Shown here piece by piece: positions 1-13,408 of a DNA stretch of 64,000 nt. Both the position numbers and the translations under genes were made by a program. Below the pieces are notes generated by a model that worked only from the letters and a program-made list of their open reading frames with translations, searched no databases and was not told where the DNA came from. The stretch is from positions 6,572,001 through 6,636,000 of the forward strand of contig OX597836.1 of the NCBI GenBank assembly GCA_951406725.2, given 5' to 3'. Position 1 is the first letter of the stretch; each line of letters begins with the position of its first letter. Source of the DNA: Octopus vulgaris. Lineage: Eukaryota.

Positions 1-24
1 ACTCTCTCTCTCAAACACACACAG

Positions 25-101
<77 letters not shown>

Positions 102-270
102 CATACATATACTTATATGCTTGTACGCTGGTATCAAATAGTGAGAACGAGTGCTCAGCTCGGTATTTGTTGGTTACATATTCTTTATTTGTGGATTGAC
201 AAGCCAACCAATTATCAAGCGATCCACTAAGTAATATTGGTAATCTCTACTTTGGATAAGAATACACGTC

Positions 271-324
<54 letters not shown>

Positions 325-361
325 TGTATGTGTGTGTGTGTATGTGGCTGTGTGGTAAGAA

Positions 362-598
362 GGCGGCGAGCTGGCAGAAACGTTAGCACGCCGGGCGAAA
401 TGCTGAGCAGTATTTCGCATGCCACTACGTTCTGAGTTCAAATTCCACCAAGGTCGACTTTACCTTTCATCCTTTCGGGGTCGATAATTTAAGTACCAGT
501 TACGCACTGCGGTCGATGTAATTGACTTAATTCCTGTGTCTGTCCTTGTGTTTAGCCCCTCTCAGTGTTTAGCCCCCTTGTGGGCAGTAAAGAAATAG
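362..598 (+). mobile_element. tRNA-derived SINE, family A, near full length
   Basis: GGCGGCGAGCTGGCAGAAACGTTAGC head, B-box-like GAGTTCAAAT, conserved body GTCGACTTT.CCTTTCATCCTTTCGGGGTCGAT..TTAAGTACCAG and tail AAAGAAATA; more than 10 homologous copies in the window. Confidence 0.85.
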
Positions 599-1104
599 GT
601 GTTGATGGTGGTGGTGGTGATGATGGATGTGGCGGTGATAGTGATGATAACAATAAACGGTTTTTGCGTTGGAAGTTTTCGCGTAGGTGGTACTGTTGTT
701 GGTGTTTGTGGGGACAGTGGTCGCGGCGCCGATGATGACATTGATGGTAATAATGGCGGAGGTGGTGGTGGTGCGGTACAGACGGTGTTGGCGAAGAAGC
801 AATAGTTAGAACACAAGAGTACAAATAAGCCATGTCGAAGAAGCCATTGTCCGCGAACTGATATAATATGCAATAACCATTGTTGAATGTGTCAGAGCAA
901 GAATGGGGGCGGGGGTGGCGGAGGCTGGAGAGAGAGAGGAGCAGGGAAATAAGGACGGGGTGGAGGACGAGGAGAGATATCAGCGGTGGTGATGGTGGTG
1001 GCAACACTCCCGAACGAAGCCGTCACCGTGAACAGACAAGGAAGTGGTGACGGTAGACAGTGGGAGGCGGGAGGGGGGATTGCTAGGTGTTAGTGGTAGT
1101 GTGT

Positions 1105-1394
1105 ATATATGTATGTGTGCGTCTGTTCATCTGTATGCATGTACGTATGTATGTACGTATGTATGTATGTATGTATGTATGTATGTATGTACGTATGTAT
1201 TTATGTATTTATGTATGTATGTTTGTATGTATGTATGTATGTATGTATGTATGTTTGTATGTATGTATGTATGTATTTATGTATGTATGTATGTATGTAT
1301 GTATGTATGTATATATATGTGTGTGTGTGTGTGTGTGTATGTATATATGTGTGTACCTCTATATGTACACGCATGTACGCATATATGTGCGTTC

Positions 1395-1440
<46 letters not shown>

Positions 1441-1448
1441 GATATACA

Positions 1449-1493
<45 letters not shown>

Positions 1494-1700
1494 TGATATT
1501 TATATATATATATATGTAAATGTGTGTGTGTATCTATGTATGTATGAGCATATGTGTGCATCTTCATACACCGTTTGTGTATGGATGTAATAGTTGTGTA
1601 TGTGATTATGCATATGTGCTTGTGTGTGTGTGTGTGTGTGTATATATATTTGTGTATTTTGTCTATATATATGCCTGTATATATGTGTATATGTGTGACA
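1105..1700. repeat. compound microsatellite (TATG)n/(TG)n/(TA)n
   Basis: Read directly; representative of dozens of similar tracts that generate the [12 protein letters not shown] ORFs. Confidence 0.95.
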
Positions 1701-2378
1701 TGTCTATGTATCCGCTGGCGAGGGCTGGGGGTTAAATTCGGGGTGTTTGATGGAGGTTCAGAGGGGAAGGTGGGTGGCCCCTTCGAGCTGGTGGTAATGA
1801 AGATTAATGGCTGACAGTGAACGCCTGACGGCAATCACTAGAGGTCACGTGGAAGTCGCCATTTAACAAATTAGAGAATGCAGGAGGTATTTTTAGTCTC
1901 CGCATGTGTGTGTGTGTGTGTGTACGTGTGTACATGTATGTGCGCATGTGCGTGCATGCGAGTGCGTGTGCATATATACATGTCTGTGTGTGTGTATACA
2001 TATATTTATGAAGGTATATATGTATGTCCAAATGACTTTGCTGTTGGTGGTGGTGGTGTTGTTGTTGTGTGTGTGTTTTATTTATAATGAATGATTTTGT
2101 TGCTATGACGACCGACTTGCAGAAAAATTGCCTCTTTGGTCGGAATCTGTTTAGAACGTTCTGGAGATTGTCAACAGCTTGATAAAATCGCGTCTTGCAT
2201 AGAATCGTCTTTAGATTTCTTTTGAATTTTTTTATATTGATGTATTTCTTTTTTTTTTTGATGTTTTTGAACTATTTTCTTTTTAAGAAAAGTATTTTGA
2301 TTGCCAAATTCAAAAACAAACAAAATAGTAAAATGAATAAACAAACAAAAATGAATAGAAAAAGATATACAGAATGAA

Positions 2379-2439
<61 letters not shown>

Positions 2440-2592
2440 GAAATTAGAGAGGACGAGGTTAAACGGGTGTGTAAGCGCGTGCGCATTGCAACACATGTGC
2501 ATGTGTGCATACGCTTACAACACAGATGCATACTCAAGTGTTTATATATGTATGCGTGCTTCTGCATACATACACACAAACACACACATATC

Positions 2593-3095
<503 letters not shown>

Positions 3096-3160
3096 AATAT
3101 AACAAAAACTAAGTATAGAGAAAATTACATCATTATTATCTCATCTTATAAAGGGATATG

Positions 3161-3330
3161 CACTGGGCTGGCCAAAAGTCACCTGACAGTAAATCAAAAC
3201 ATTTAATTCCAAGATTTATTTATGAATGAATTAAATAAAAGCATCTAAATATGAAACAACATGAAAATTGTTCAAACTAAAGTCCTTCTTGAGCGACACA
3301 TTTTTCCATCCGAGTCAGTACAGAATTATG
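3161..3330 (-). mobile_element. Tc1/mariner-superfamily terminal remnant
   Basis: TIR-like CACTGGGCTGGCCAAAAGTCAC at the end; minus strand reads LTRMEKCVAQEGL*FEQF, resembling the R..C....G..FE transposase C-terminus. Confidence 0.5.
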
Positions 3331-3667
3331 ATGTTGTTGATGAAACATGTTCTTTGTCTATCTACTTATCCTCTTTGTGATTTTGGTTAATAGAATAACT
3401 ATACAAATGAATCCTTTGAATTTAACTAAATTCTATATTTTTATGCAGCTGAAGATTGCTCTACATTTTAAAACTGATGTAATATTTGCATTGTTCAATT
3501 AAACAGAGTTGCATGAAACGATCGTACTGCATTACCTCTTGATATCCTTGTTGAAAATTTCGATTATAATCACCCCATTTTGAATTATATGGATAATACC
3601 ATACTAAGTACCATATTCAACTGTGCATATATATATATATATATATATACTAAGTACCATATTCAAC

Positions 3668-3729
<62 letters not shown>

Positions 3730-3927
3730 TAGATAGATAGATATATATATATATATATACACACACAGTGAAGCTTTACTATAGCGTCGTACATTATCGA
3801 CTGCTATTTCCAGTAAATATCGGTGCATTGTTGTCCCAATATCCTATATTTATACTCTAACCTGATGGTACTTTGTTTTACTGGGAAGCAATACTACTGT
3901 AATGCATTATTTAATCATTTTATATAT

Positions 3928-3990
<63 letters not shown>

Positions 3991-4039
3991 TAGCTATATA
4001 TATATATATATATATATATTCATATATCGATCTAAATGA

Positions 4040-4101
<62 letters not shown>

Positions 4102-4124
4102 TATATCATTTAGATCGATAGCTA

Positions 4125-4173
<49 letters not shown>

Positions 4174-4794
4174 ATATGTATATATATATTTATATATGTA
4201 CATATATGTGCATATTTACATATCATTACATCTGTGTTCAATATCTGAACATCTGACAAGGTGGACGCGTCCTGCGCGCCCACGAATTTTTAAAATAACA
4301 AGGAACTTGGTTAGTTTGTCTTTAAACGCGCGTGTGTGTATGTTTGTATGCGTACGTATTTCCGATGTGTATATGTGTATGCGTATAAGCATCAATGTAC
4401 AACAATCTCGGAAGTAATGTTCGGTTGTGATTAATCTCTCAGTTATTCACTCCCTTTAATGTAACTCTCCAGCCAACAACAACCACACGACCATATCCTA
4501 CACTGAATCAATGGCTCCGTTATTTGTGCAACGACTGCACAAGGCTCGAATGTATTCCCTACATAGCAGCTTAATATGCTCATTCCTTGATATTTTTCTC
4601 AAAGCTCCTGGTTTCAGCCAGTTTGACTTGATGATCTCTCATCCATATTTAATGTTATTACGCTGCCTCGAGACCGTCCAAGTTAAACCAAAGTGTTAAA
4701 ATTTCGGATACGACCAGAGAATCTTGTTGACACGTTTGCCAGAATCTGCAGGAAACATTGTTATGCTGGCATGTTTATTCGTAGACTGGGATTT

Positions 4795-4813
4795 CCGTTG
4801 TTGTTGCTATTGC

Positions 4814-4857
<44 letters not shown>

Positions 4858-4862
4858 GTATT

Positions 4863-4923
<61 letters not shown>

Positions 4924-4940
4924 GTATCATTACTATTATA

Positions 4941-5028
<88 letters not shown>

Positions 5029-5072
5029 TTAGTATTATTATTATTATTAGTTGTTGTTGTTGTTGTTGTTGT
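4795..5072. repeat. (ATT)n/(AGT)n/(GTT)n trinucleotide microsatellite
   Basis: Read directly. Confidence 0.95.
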
Positions 5073-5074
5073 AA

Positions 5075-5255
5075 TGGTGGCAGAATCGTTAGCACGCCGG
5101 GCAGAATGCTTAGCGGCATTTCGTCCGTCGCTACGTTCTGAGTTCAAAACCCACCAAGGTCGACTTTGAGTTTCACCGTTCCGGGGTCGATAAATTAAGT
5201 GCCAGTTGCGTACTGGGGTCAATGTAATTGACTATACCCCCTCCTCCAAATTTGA
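5075..5255 (+). mobile_element. SINE family A copy
   Basis: TGGCAGAATCGTTAGCACGCCGG...CTGAGTTCAAA...GGGGTCGATAAATTAAG, homologous to 362-598. Confidence 0.8.
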
Positions 5256-5439
5256 AGCAGTTAAGATCAGAAGCCATGAGAGCCACTGCCTGGTACTGCA
5301 TCAGGGCCTTATTATTATTGTTGTTGTTGTTATAATAATTGTTGTTTTTTTTTGTTGTTGTGCAATTTCTGTTTTTATCGATGAAAGTTTTATTATGTAT
5401 AATATCTCAAATATGTTGTTGTTGTTGTTGTTGTTATAA

Positions 5440-5645
5440 AGCGACGAGCTGGTAGAATCGTTAACACGCCGAGCAAAATGCTTAGCGCCATTTCGTCAGT
5501 CTTTACGTTCTGAGTTCAAATTTCGTTAAGCTCTACTTTAACTGTTATCCCTTCGGACTCGATTAAACAAATATCTAAGCACTGCGGTTAATGTAATTGA
5601 GTCTACCAAATTTCAGGCCTTGTGCATGTAACAGAAAGGATTATT
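5440..5645 (+). mobile_element. SINE family A copy (diverged)
   Basis: GCGACGAGCTGGTAGAATCGTTAACACG...CTGAGTTCAAAT...AAATTTCAGGCCTTGTGC...GAAAGGATTATT. Confidence 0.75.
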
Positions 5646-5762
5646 ATTGTTCTTGCTGTTGTTGTTAAGACGGCGAGCTGGAAGAATCGCTGGCCCGTCG
5701 GAAAAATGGGGTTCACTGTCAAGAAACTGTAATAGAATTGCTACATAACTTTCAAAGAATTA

Positions 5763-5925
5763 TGTTATAGATCGCTGGTCACAATGCGCTTTTGCATTGA
5801 TTTAGCCTTCAAACTGATGCTACCCCATTGGCTAGGCAAGCAGGGTAACATTTTCCCTGATCGGAGAAGGGACTGGAGCAACGCAAAATGAATTATTTTC
5901 CTCAAGAACACACAACGCACTGGCC
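5763..5925 (-). mobile_element. SINE fragment sharing the family C 3' region
   Basis: Reverse complement matches 56440-56520 (GAAGGCTAAA..AATGCAAA.GCGCATTGTGACCAGCGAT). Confidence 0.65.
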
Positions 5926-6700
5926 AGTCAACGAAATACGGAATTCTTACATGGTGAACTTTAAAATTTTTTTAATAATGATTACTCAATGAGAATAGGA
6001 ATACTAGAGAATGGGAATTCTAGAACTGCTATAGAACTATCAAAGAACTGTCAAAGAATAGATATGGAACTACAACAATTAACGAAGACTGTTGAAGATT
6101 TGGGAAAGAACTATAATGGAACCGCTTGCGTGAACATCTCGACATGGTTTGGTGAACACAAAAGTAAAAAATAAATGGAATTAGTAATTCTGTGTCAGTT
6201 TTAGGGATCAGTGTACACTGTCGTCGTTAGAATGAGACGGGGGTGAGGTGAGCTAATAAGAGATGGGGATTGGATATGGGTGGGAAACGGGTGGAGGGAA
6301 AATACAGTCGGTAGATTTCATAATAGCGATGGTTGTGAACGCAGCAATAGTTACAGTGTAAGGCAATGGTCGTAGTGGTGATGCTGCAAGCAGCTGCGTG
6401 TGGTAGTGATGATGGGCAGAGAAGGGGCGGGGCGGGGCGTTGTGGCGGTCCTGGTGATGGTGATGGTGATGGCTTTAAAGGTGATGGTTGTGACTGAAGT
6501 AATTATGATGATGAAGGTGATGGTGAAGACGACTTCGATGACGATAACACCATGAGGAATCGAATGATGACGAGAACGGAGAAGGTGATGATCGGCTGGA
6601 TGACAAATTTAAAGATGGATGATAATGCATGCAGGTTTGTGCTCGCTCTCTCTCTCTCTGTTTCTCTCTGTCTCTCACTGTCTACCTGTATCTCTCTCTT

Positions 6701-6864
<164 letters not shown>

Positions 6865-6990
6865 AGTGAGAGAAATACAGACAGACAGACAGAGACAGAG
6901 AAGGAGGGAAAGGGAGAGAGCATAGACAGGCATACATCATTATCCATCTTTAAACAATGATATATCATATAATATATATATGTATGTGTA

Positions 6991-7028
<38 letters not shown>

Positions 7029-7125
7029 CATATATACATATATACATATACATATATACATATATATATATATATACATACATATATATATATACATATA
7101 TATATATACATACATATATATATAT

Positions 7126-7186
<61 letters not shown>

Positions 7187-7533
7187 CATATATAGGTAGA
7201 TAGATAGATAAACACATATATGCGTATATACTCTCACATATCATACGAACAGGCTTCCTATCTCCAATAAATTATACAAAATAATGGGATCTCCAGTCTA
7301 TTCTGAGTCACTAGTTATTGACAGCGCCGTACATACATACATACATACATACATACATACATACACACATACATACACACATACATACATATGTACATAC
7401 ATACATACATATATTCATATGTACAAGTGTGTGTGTGCGTGTGTGTGTAAAATCAATGCATATTTGAGATATTATACATAATAAAACTTTCATCGATAAA
7501 AACAGAAATTGCACTTTACAGAATTATTATTAA

Positions 7534-7591
<58 letters not shown>

Positions 7592-7598
7592 ATTATTA

Positions 7599-7632
<34 letters not shown>

Positions 7633-7689
7633 CATTATTATTATTATTATCATTTATTATTGTTGTTATTATTATTATTGTTATTGTTG

Positions 7690-7723
<34 letters not shown>

Positions 7724-7764
7724 CATCATCATCATCACCATCACCATCATCATTATTATTATCA

Positions 7765-7796
<32 letters not shown>

Positions 7797-9084
7797 CTCT
7801 CTTTTCATCTTTTTTGACATAATTTTTAATTGCAAAGTTCGCACCGAAAGTTCAGTACTTCTTCTTATCAATTAATTAGGGAAGGCCATGGAATTAAAAA
7901 TTCCTTTCTGATTTATGCGTATTTTTTCTTCCTCCCACCCCCCCACTTTTAATTTTAAATTTTTATACGTGTTTTTTTTTTTAATTTTCATAAAAATATA
8001 TATAAATATATTTTCATTTTATTTTAATTTTTGATTTCGATTTTACCCTCTTAATCTCAAATTTATTTCTTCAAATCGTTTTGTTTCTTTATTTGTGTGT
8101 TTTTTTTTTTCGTTTTATATTTTTGCTTCATTAAGTCTTCTTGTTGGTTTATGAGAAAGTTTTAATGCTTTATGTATATAATTATGTAGCAGGGAAGTGT
8201 ATATACATGTATGTATATTAAAGTTGATATTTTAATGATTCTTAATAATGGATATAAGCATTTGTCACATACATTCCGCTTTGCAATCGAAAGAAGGAGA
8301 AAGGTCGGGGCTTATGACTCTTTATTACATGATTATTTTAGTATTTTTAAAAAATTAAATTCATTTTTATCTTTGTAACGTGAAGAGGAGTAGCACATAC
8401 ACACATACACACACACATATATGTATGTATGTATGTATGTATGTATCTATCTATCTATATGTGTGTGTGTGTGTGTGTGTATGTATGTGTGTATTTTATG
8501 TATATATGTTTTATATACATATATATGTGTATATATATCATATATGCATATGGACATATATAATATATGTATATATATATATATATATACACATACATTT
8601 ACATATATATATATATAATATACATATATATACATATAATGTATACATATACATCCATATGTACATACATATATGTATATATACATAAATACGTATCCAC
8701 AGACATACACACATACATAAATGCATATTACATGCATACGTATATTTATACACGCACGCACGCACACACACACACACACATATATATATTCAGTTACAGG
8801 ATTCCCGTCTGTGTGTGTGTAAATATTTATGTAAGTGCGCATGTGGCATACGTATGTGTATGTATGCACAAACGTAAATATATATGTATGCAGGTATTTC
8901 AAATATTACCAAAATAATTTGTGATTTATTAAAATTATCTCCGCCCCTTCTCGTTGTGTCTCAATTACCAAATTGCACATAAGACCATAGGAGAAGGTGC
9001 GGTAACCTTGAACACCAAGAATACTCCGAAGTTGGCCTGCCGTCAAGGAAAATGACAAGAGTATTTTGTAGAAATAACAGATGA

Positions 9085-9130
9085 GTCATGGACACGTGTT
9101 TCTGTCTCAGTAGGCATCATCAGTACGGCG
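9085..9130 (-). ncRNA. degenerate minimal type I hammerhead ribozyme motif
   Basis: Minus strand cgccgta-CTGATGA-tgcc-tactga-gaca-GAAAC-ACGT-GTC-catgac: intact core and palindromic stem III; stems I and II carry mismatches. Confidence 0.6.
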
Positions 9131-9184
9131 CTTACCAACTTTATTAGTACGGCGTTGGCAATTTGCATAATTTCAAAACAAAAC

Positions 9185-9370
9185 TAATGGTGACGATGAT
9201 GACGACGACAATGGCAAGAACATAGACAGTGACATTGAGGGTGATGATGATGATGATGATGATGGTGATGACGATGACAACGATGACGACGACACCGATG
9301 ATCGCAACGGCATCCACGATGACGAAGGCAACATTAGTTACGACGGTGACGTCAACGATGGATACGTTGA

Positions 9371-9404
<34 letters not shown>

Positions 9405-9745
9405 GGTGGTGGTGGTAGCGTTGAAGATGATGATGATGACAGCAATGACAACGATGATGATGATATTACTGGTGATGATAAATATGATGATGATGTCGAC
9501 GACGAAGACGACGTCGATGATGATGAGGAGGAGGAGGATGGGGGAGGAGGAGGAGGAGGAAGAGGAGAAGAAGACGTTGATATTGATGACGATGATGTTG
9601 ATGATGTTAATGTTGATGAAGTTGATGATGATAGTGGTGGTGGTGGTGATGTTGATGACGATGATGATGATGATGATGACGATGATGACGATGATAATGT
9701 TGATGATGATGATGATGATGGACTTCATATTTAGATGATGATAAT
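9185..9745. repeat. degenerate (GAT/GAC/GGT)n trinucleotide low-complexity tract
   Basis: Read directly; source of the poly-M/poly-I ORFs. Confidence 0.9.
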
Positions 9746-10039
9746 CGTTCGAGATCCATCCATTACAGTAATTCATATTGAAGTGCGAAGAGTTAAAAGA
9801 AAAACTAAAATAAAAATAAATTGAAAAAAAAACGAAAAATCTGGAAAATATAAAAAACGAAAACCAAAAACCCAACACACTAATTAAATAATTAATTACC
9901 GAACTAATCGATATTTAATGAGATTCGGTCAAGAAAAACATATGGATTAAATAAATCTTCGATTAATTAGGCTTCGATTAATAATCTATCACTTCTTTGA
10001 TCAGAAATAACTGTCAATGACGTGTCGATAATTACTAGC

Positions 10040-10405
10040 TTCAAATTTTAGCACAAGGCCAGAAATTTTTGGGGAGGGGACACGTCTATCACATCGACCC
10101 CAGTACGCAGCAGGGACTTATTTTATCGACCTCAAAAGGATGAATGGCAAAGCTGTCATCGGCGGAGTTTGAATTCAGAACGAAATGCCGCTAAGCATTT
10201 TGTCCGGCATGATAACAATTCTACCAGCTTGCCGCCCTAATAACCCTTTCTATTAGATGCACGAGACCTGGAATTTGTGGGGAGGAGGAAAGTCGATCAC
10301 ATCGACCCCAGTACTTGACTGATACATATTCTATCGATTCTGAAAGGATGAAAGGCAAAGACGACTTCGGCGGGATTTGAACTCAGAACGTAAAGACGGA
10401 CGAAA
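10040..10405 (-). mobile_element. two adjacent SINE family A copies (about 10040-10237 and 10245-10405)
   Basis: Reverse-complement motifs ATCGACCCCAGTAC, AAAGGATGAA.GGCAAAG and TTTGAA.TCAGAACG each occur twice. Confidence 0.8.
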
Positions 10406-10412
10406 TATATAT

Positions 10413-10464
<52 letters not shown>

Positions 10465-10541
10465 ACGGATGTGTCTATGCCGGGTGATGCTGATGGTGAT
10501 GACGATGATGATGACGACAAAAACGATGATGATGATGATGG

Positions 10542-10587
<46 letters not shown>

Positions 10588-11223
10588 GATGAAAGGGTGG
10601 TGGTGTTGGTGATAATAACGATGGCAATGCTGACGATGGTGATCTTGACGACCAATATGCTAAAGGAGATGACGGCACACATATGTGTCTATGTGTGTGC
10701 AAGTGTCTCCATGTCTTCGCATACGCATGCGTCTGTATGCGCGTATGTCTGTACTTATGGACACACATCTGTATGCATCTAAACGTGCATGTAATTCTAC
10801 ATGTATCTCTCTGTGATGCATGCGTGTGTGTGTTTGTGTGTGTGTGCGTAGCAAGCAATTAAACCGACCAAGCATTGAATTGGAACCGATCCCGTTACTT
10901 CTCCTTTGTAGCTGCCGTTAACGATCTCCGCGTAGTAATCCTTAATAGGGTCCCAACAGCAATTTATCTCCCTTTCATCTCCTCTCTACTGGCCCTTGTT
11001 CCTCCTGCGCGTTTCCATATTATATCCAAATCTAAGGACAACTTCAAATGTCTATAGATATATATCAGCGTTGACCAACCCGTATATATGGATATGTATT
11101 TGTATACGTATATGTATGTACGTGTATGAATATGTGTGTATATATATATGTGTGTATATTTTTTGCATATATACATATATGTTTATACATATATATAACC
11201 ATTTATGTATATAGTTATATATA

Positions 11224-11296
11224 CGGTGTCCATAAAATCTTTTTAGAATATGAAGTTTAAAAGAATGGACATTGTAAATATAATTTATGGACACCG
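11224..11296. mobile_element. 73-bp mini-MITE, Tc1/mariner type
   Basis: Perfect 13-bp TIRs CGGTGTCCATAAA / TTTATGGACACCG, TA on both sides. Confidence 0.7.
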
Positions 11297-11329
<33 letters not shown>

Positions 11330-11330
11330 T

Positions 11331-11728
11331 TTACTCTTTTACTTGTTTCAGTCATTTGACTGCGGCCATGCTGGAGCACCGCCTTTAATCGAGCAACTCG
11401 ACCCCGGGACTTATTCTTTTGTAAGCCCAGTACTTATTCTATCGGTCTCTTTTGCCGAACCGCTAAGTAACGGTGACATAAACACACCAGCATCGGTTGT
11501 CAAGCAATGCTAGGGGACAAACAGACACACAAATACACACACGCATATATATATATATATATATATACGACAGGCTTCTTTCAGTTTCCGTCTACCAAAT
11601 CCACTCACAAGGCTTTGGTCCGCCCGAGGCTATAGTAGAAAACACTTGCCCAAGGTGCCACGCAGTGGGACTGAACCCGGAACCATGTGGTTGGTAGACA
11701 AGCTACTTACCACACAGCCACTCCTGCG

Positions 11729-11730
<2 letters not shown>
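11331..11730 (-). mobile_element. SINE family B, full length
   Basis: Closely matches the reverse complement of 15415-15837 and 51791-52194. Confidence 0.9.
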
Positions 11731-11768
<38 letters not shown>

Positions 11769-11824
11769 TAGATAATATTATATTATATTATATTATTATA
11801 TTATATACTTGAAAACACACGCAC

Positions 11825-11893
<69 letters not shown>

Positions 11894-11898
<5 letters not shown>

Positions 11899-12198
11899 TC
11901 GCCATACTAATATGGCATTCTTATAAAAATAAGAAAAAAGCTGTCCGCTTATTAGCTCCATGAGGCCATCGCCTTAAGTTAGCTATTTGATACACAAACT
12001 GTATCCATATAACCTTCGAACAAGGGAGGTCAGTCGCTCACACTACTTGACCGGCAGCTACAGACGCGTTTCGGGGTATTGCCCCTTTTCAATGCAGCGT
12101 AGCCAGCCAGTAGGTGTCGCTTCCGACAATCTCTGTTCGATGGTTTTATTTACCTAGTTTCGGTGGAATACATCCACTTGTTTTCAATAATAGAAATA
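11894..12198 (-). mobile_element. ~300-bp non-coding block carrying a hammerhead motif (probable PLE pLTR/retrozyme-like repeat)
   Basis: High-complexity block bounded by (TA)n tracts and containing the HHR at 12057-12098; repetitiveness not shown within this window. Confidence 0.45.
12057..12098 (-). ncRNA. minimal type I hammerhead ribozyme with U3-A8 variant core
   Basis: gctgca-TTGAAAA-GGGG-caata-CCCC-GAAAC-GC-GTC-tgtagc: 6-bp stem I, 4-bp stem II, palindromic stem III (ACGCGT), GUC triplet. Confidence 0.7.
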
Positions 12199-12385
12199 TA
12201 TATATACAAGTGTGTGTGTCTGTGTCTGCGTGTCTGTAGGTGTGGTTGTATAGATTTTCTACTATAGACACAGGACTTAAAATTGGGGTGAGTGCGTGGG
12301 AACTCGTCGATTACGTCCCCCGAACTGCCAAGTTACGGGTACGTAAACACACCCACACCGGGCAAGCAGCGGTGAGGTACAAAGA

Positions 12386-12438
<53 letters not shown>

Positions 12439-12451
12439 GTATATGTATACA

Positions 12452-12597
12452 GAACAGGCTCCCTTTCAATATCCGTCAACCAAATCCAATCGCGAGAATT
12501 TGACCGCTCGAAGACTTGCTCAAGGTGCTACACAGCGGGACTGAACCCAGATCCGTATGGCTGAAAAACAAAGTCTTACCACACAGCCACGCCTGCG

Positions 12598-12598
<1 letters not shown>
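12452..12598 (-). mobile_element. SINE family B 5' half (diverged)
   Basis: ACTTGCTCAAGGTGC..ACAGCGGGACTGAACCC...CTTACCACACAGCCACGCCTGCGC. Confidence 0.75.
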
Positions 12599-12637
<39 letters not shown>

Positions 12638-12989
12638 ACCCCCTCTTTCTCCCTCTCTGTATATATATATATATATTCCAGCGCGAATAGATTTCCACCA
12701 TATTTTTCATCAATATATATTTCCCACCGTCTTTTTAGCCGCCAATAACTAAACAATGATTAGCAAAGGTCATAGAGTAATGCTTTCGGCTGCTCGTTAT
12801 ATATTTATTTTTATATAGAAATATATACATACATATATATATATATATATACATGTATGTATATTAGGATACAATGCTATTGAGTACATATTGATAATAG
12901 ACCAGACGTGTTGTATATGTTATTATGTTTCATGGCAAGATTATAACAATTAATTTGTAACTAAGAGATTGATATTTCATGTACACTCA

Positions 12990-13038
<49 letters not shown>

Positions 13039-13204
13039 CTTATACATTCATATTTATAAGTAAAAATATCAAATATTTATGAATAAATATATATTATTGC
13101 ATCCATAGGATGTATTTTGATGTGTGGCTGTGTTTGTGTGTGTATGTGTGTGTAAATATATATATATATTATTATATATATATGTGTGTGTGTCTGTGTG
13201 TATG

Positions 13205-13252
<48 letters not shown>

Positions 13253-13359
13253 GGTATGTATGTTTATATATATATATGCCTGCGTGCATGTATGTGTGTA
13301 TGTATATACACACATTATATGCGTATATAGCTGTATATATGTAAATAAATGTGTGTAAG

Positions 13360-13408
<49 letters not shown>

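Noticed and set aside
1044-1590. [12 protein letters not shown] ORFs here and throughout the window
   Set aside because: Di- and tetranucleotide microsatellite translations.
4505-4795. Possible old mariner fragment or exon
   Set aside because: Only vague similarity, stops in the frames examined, and no diagnostic motif.
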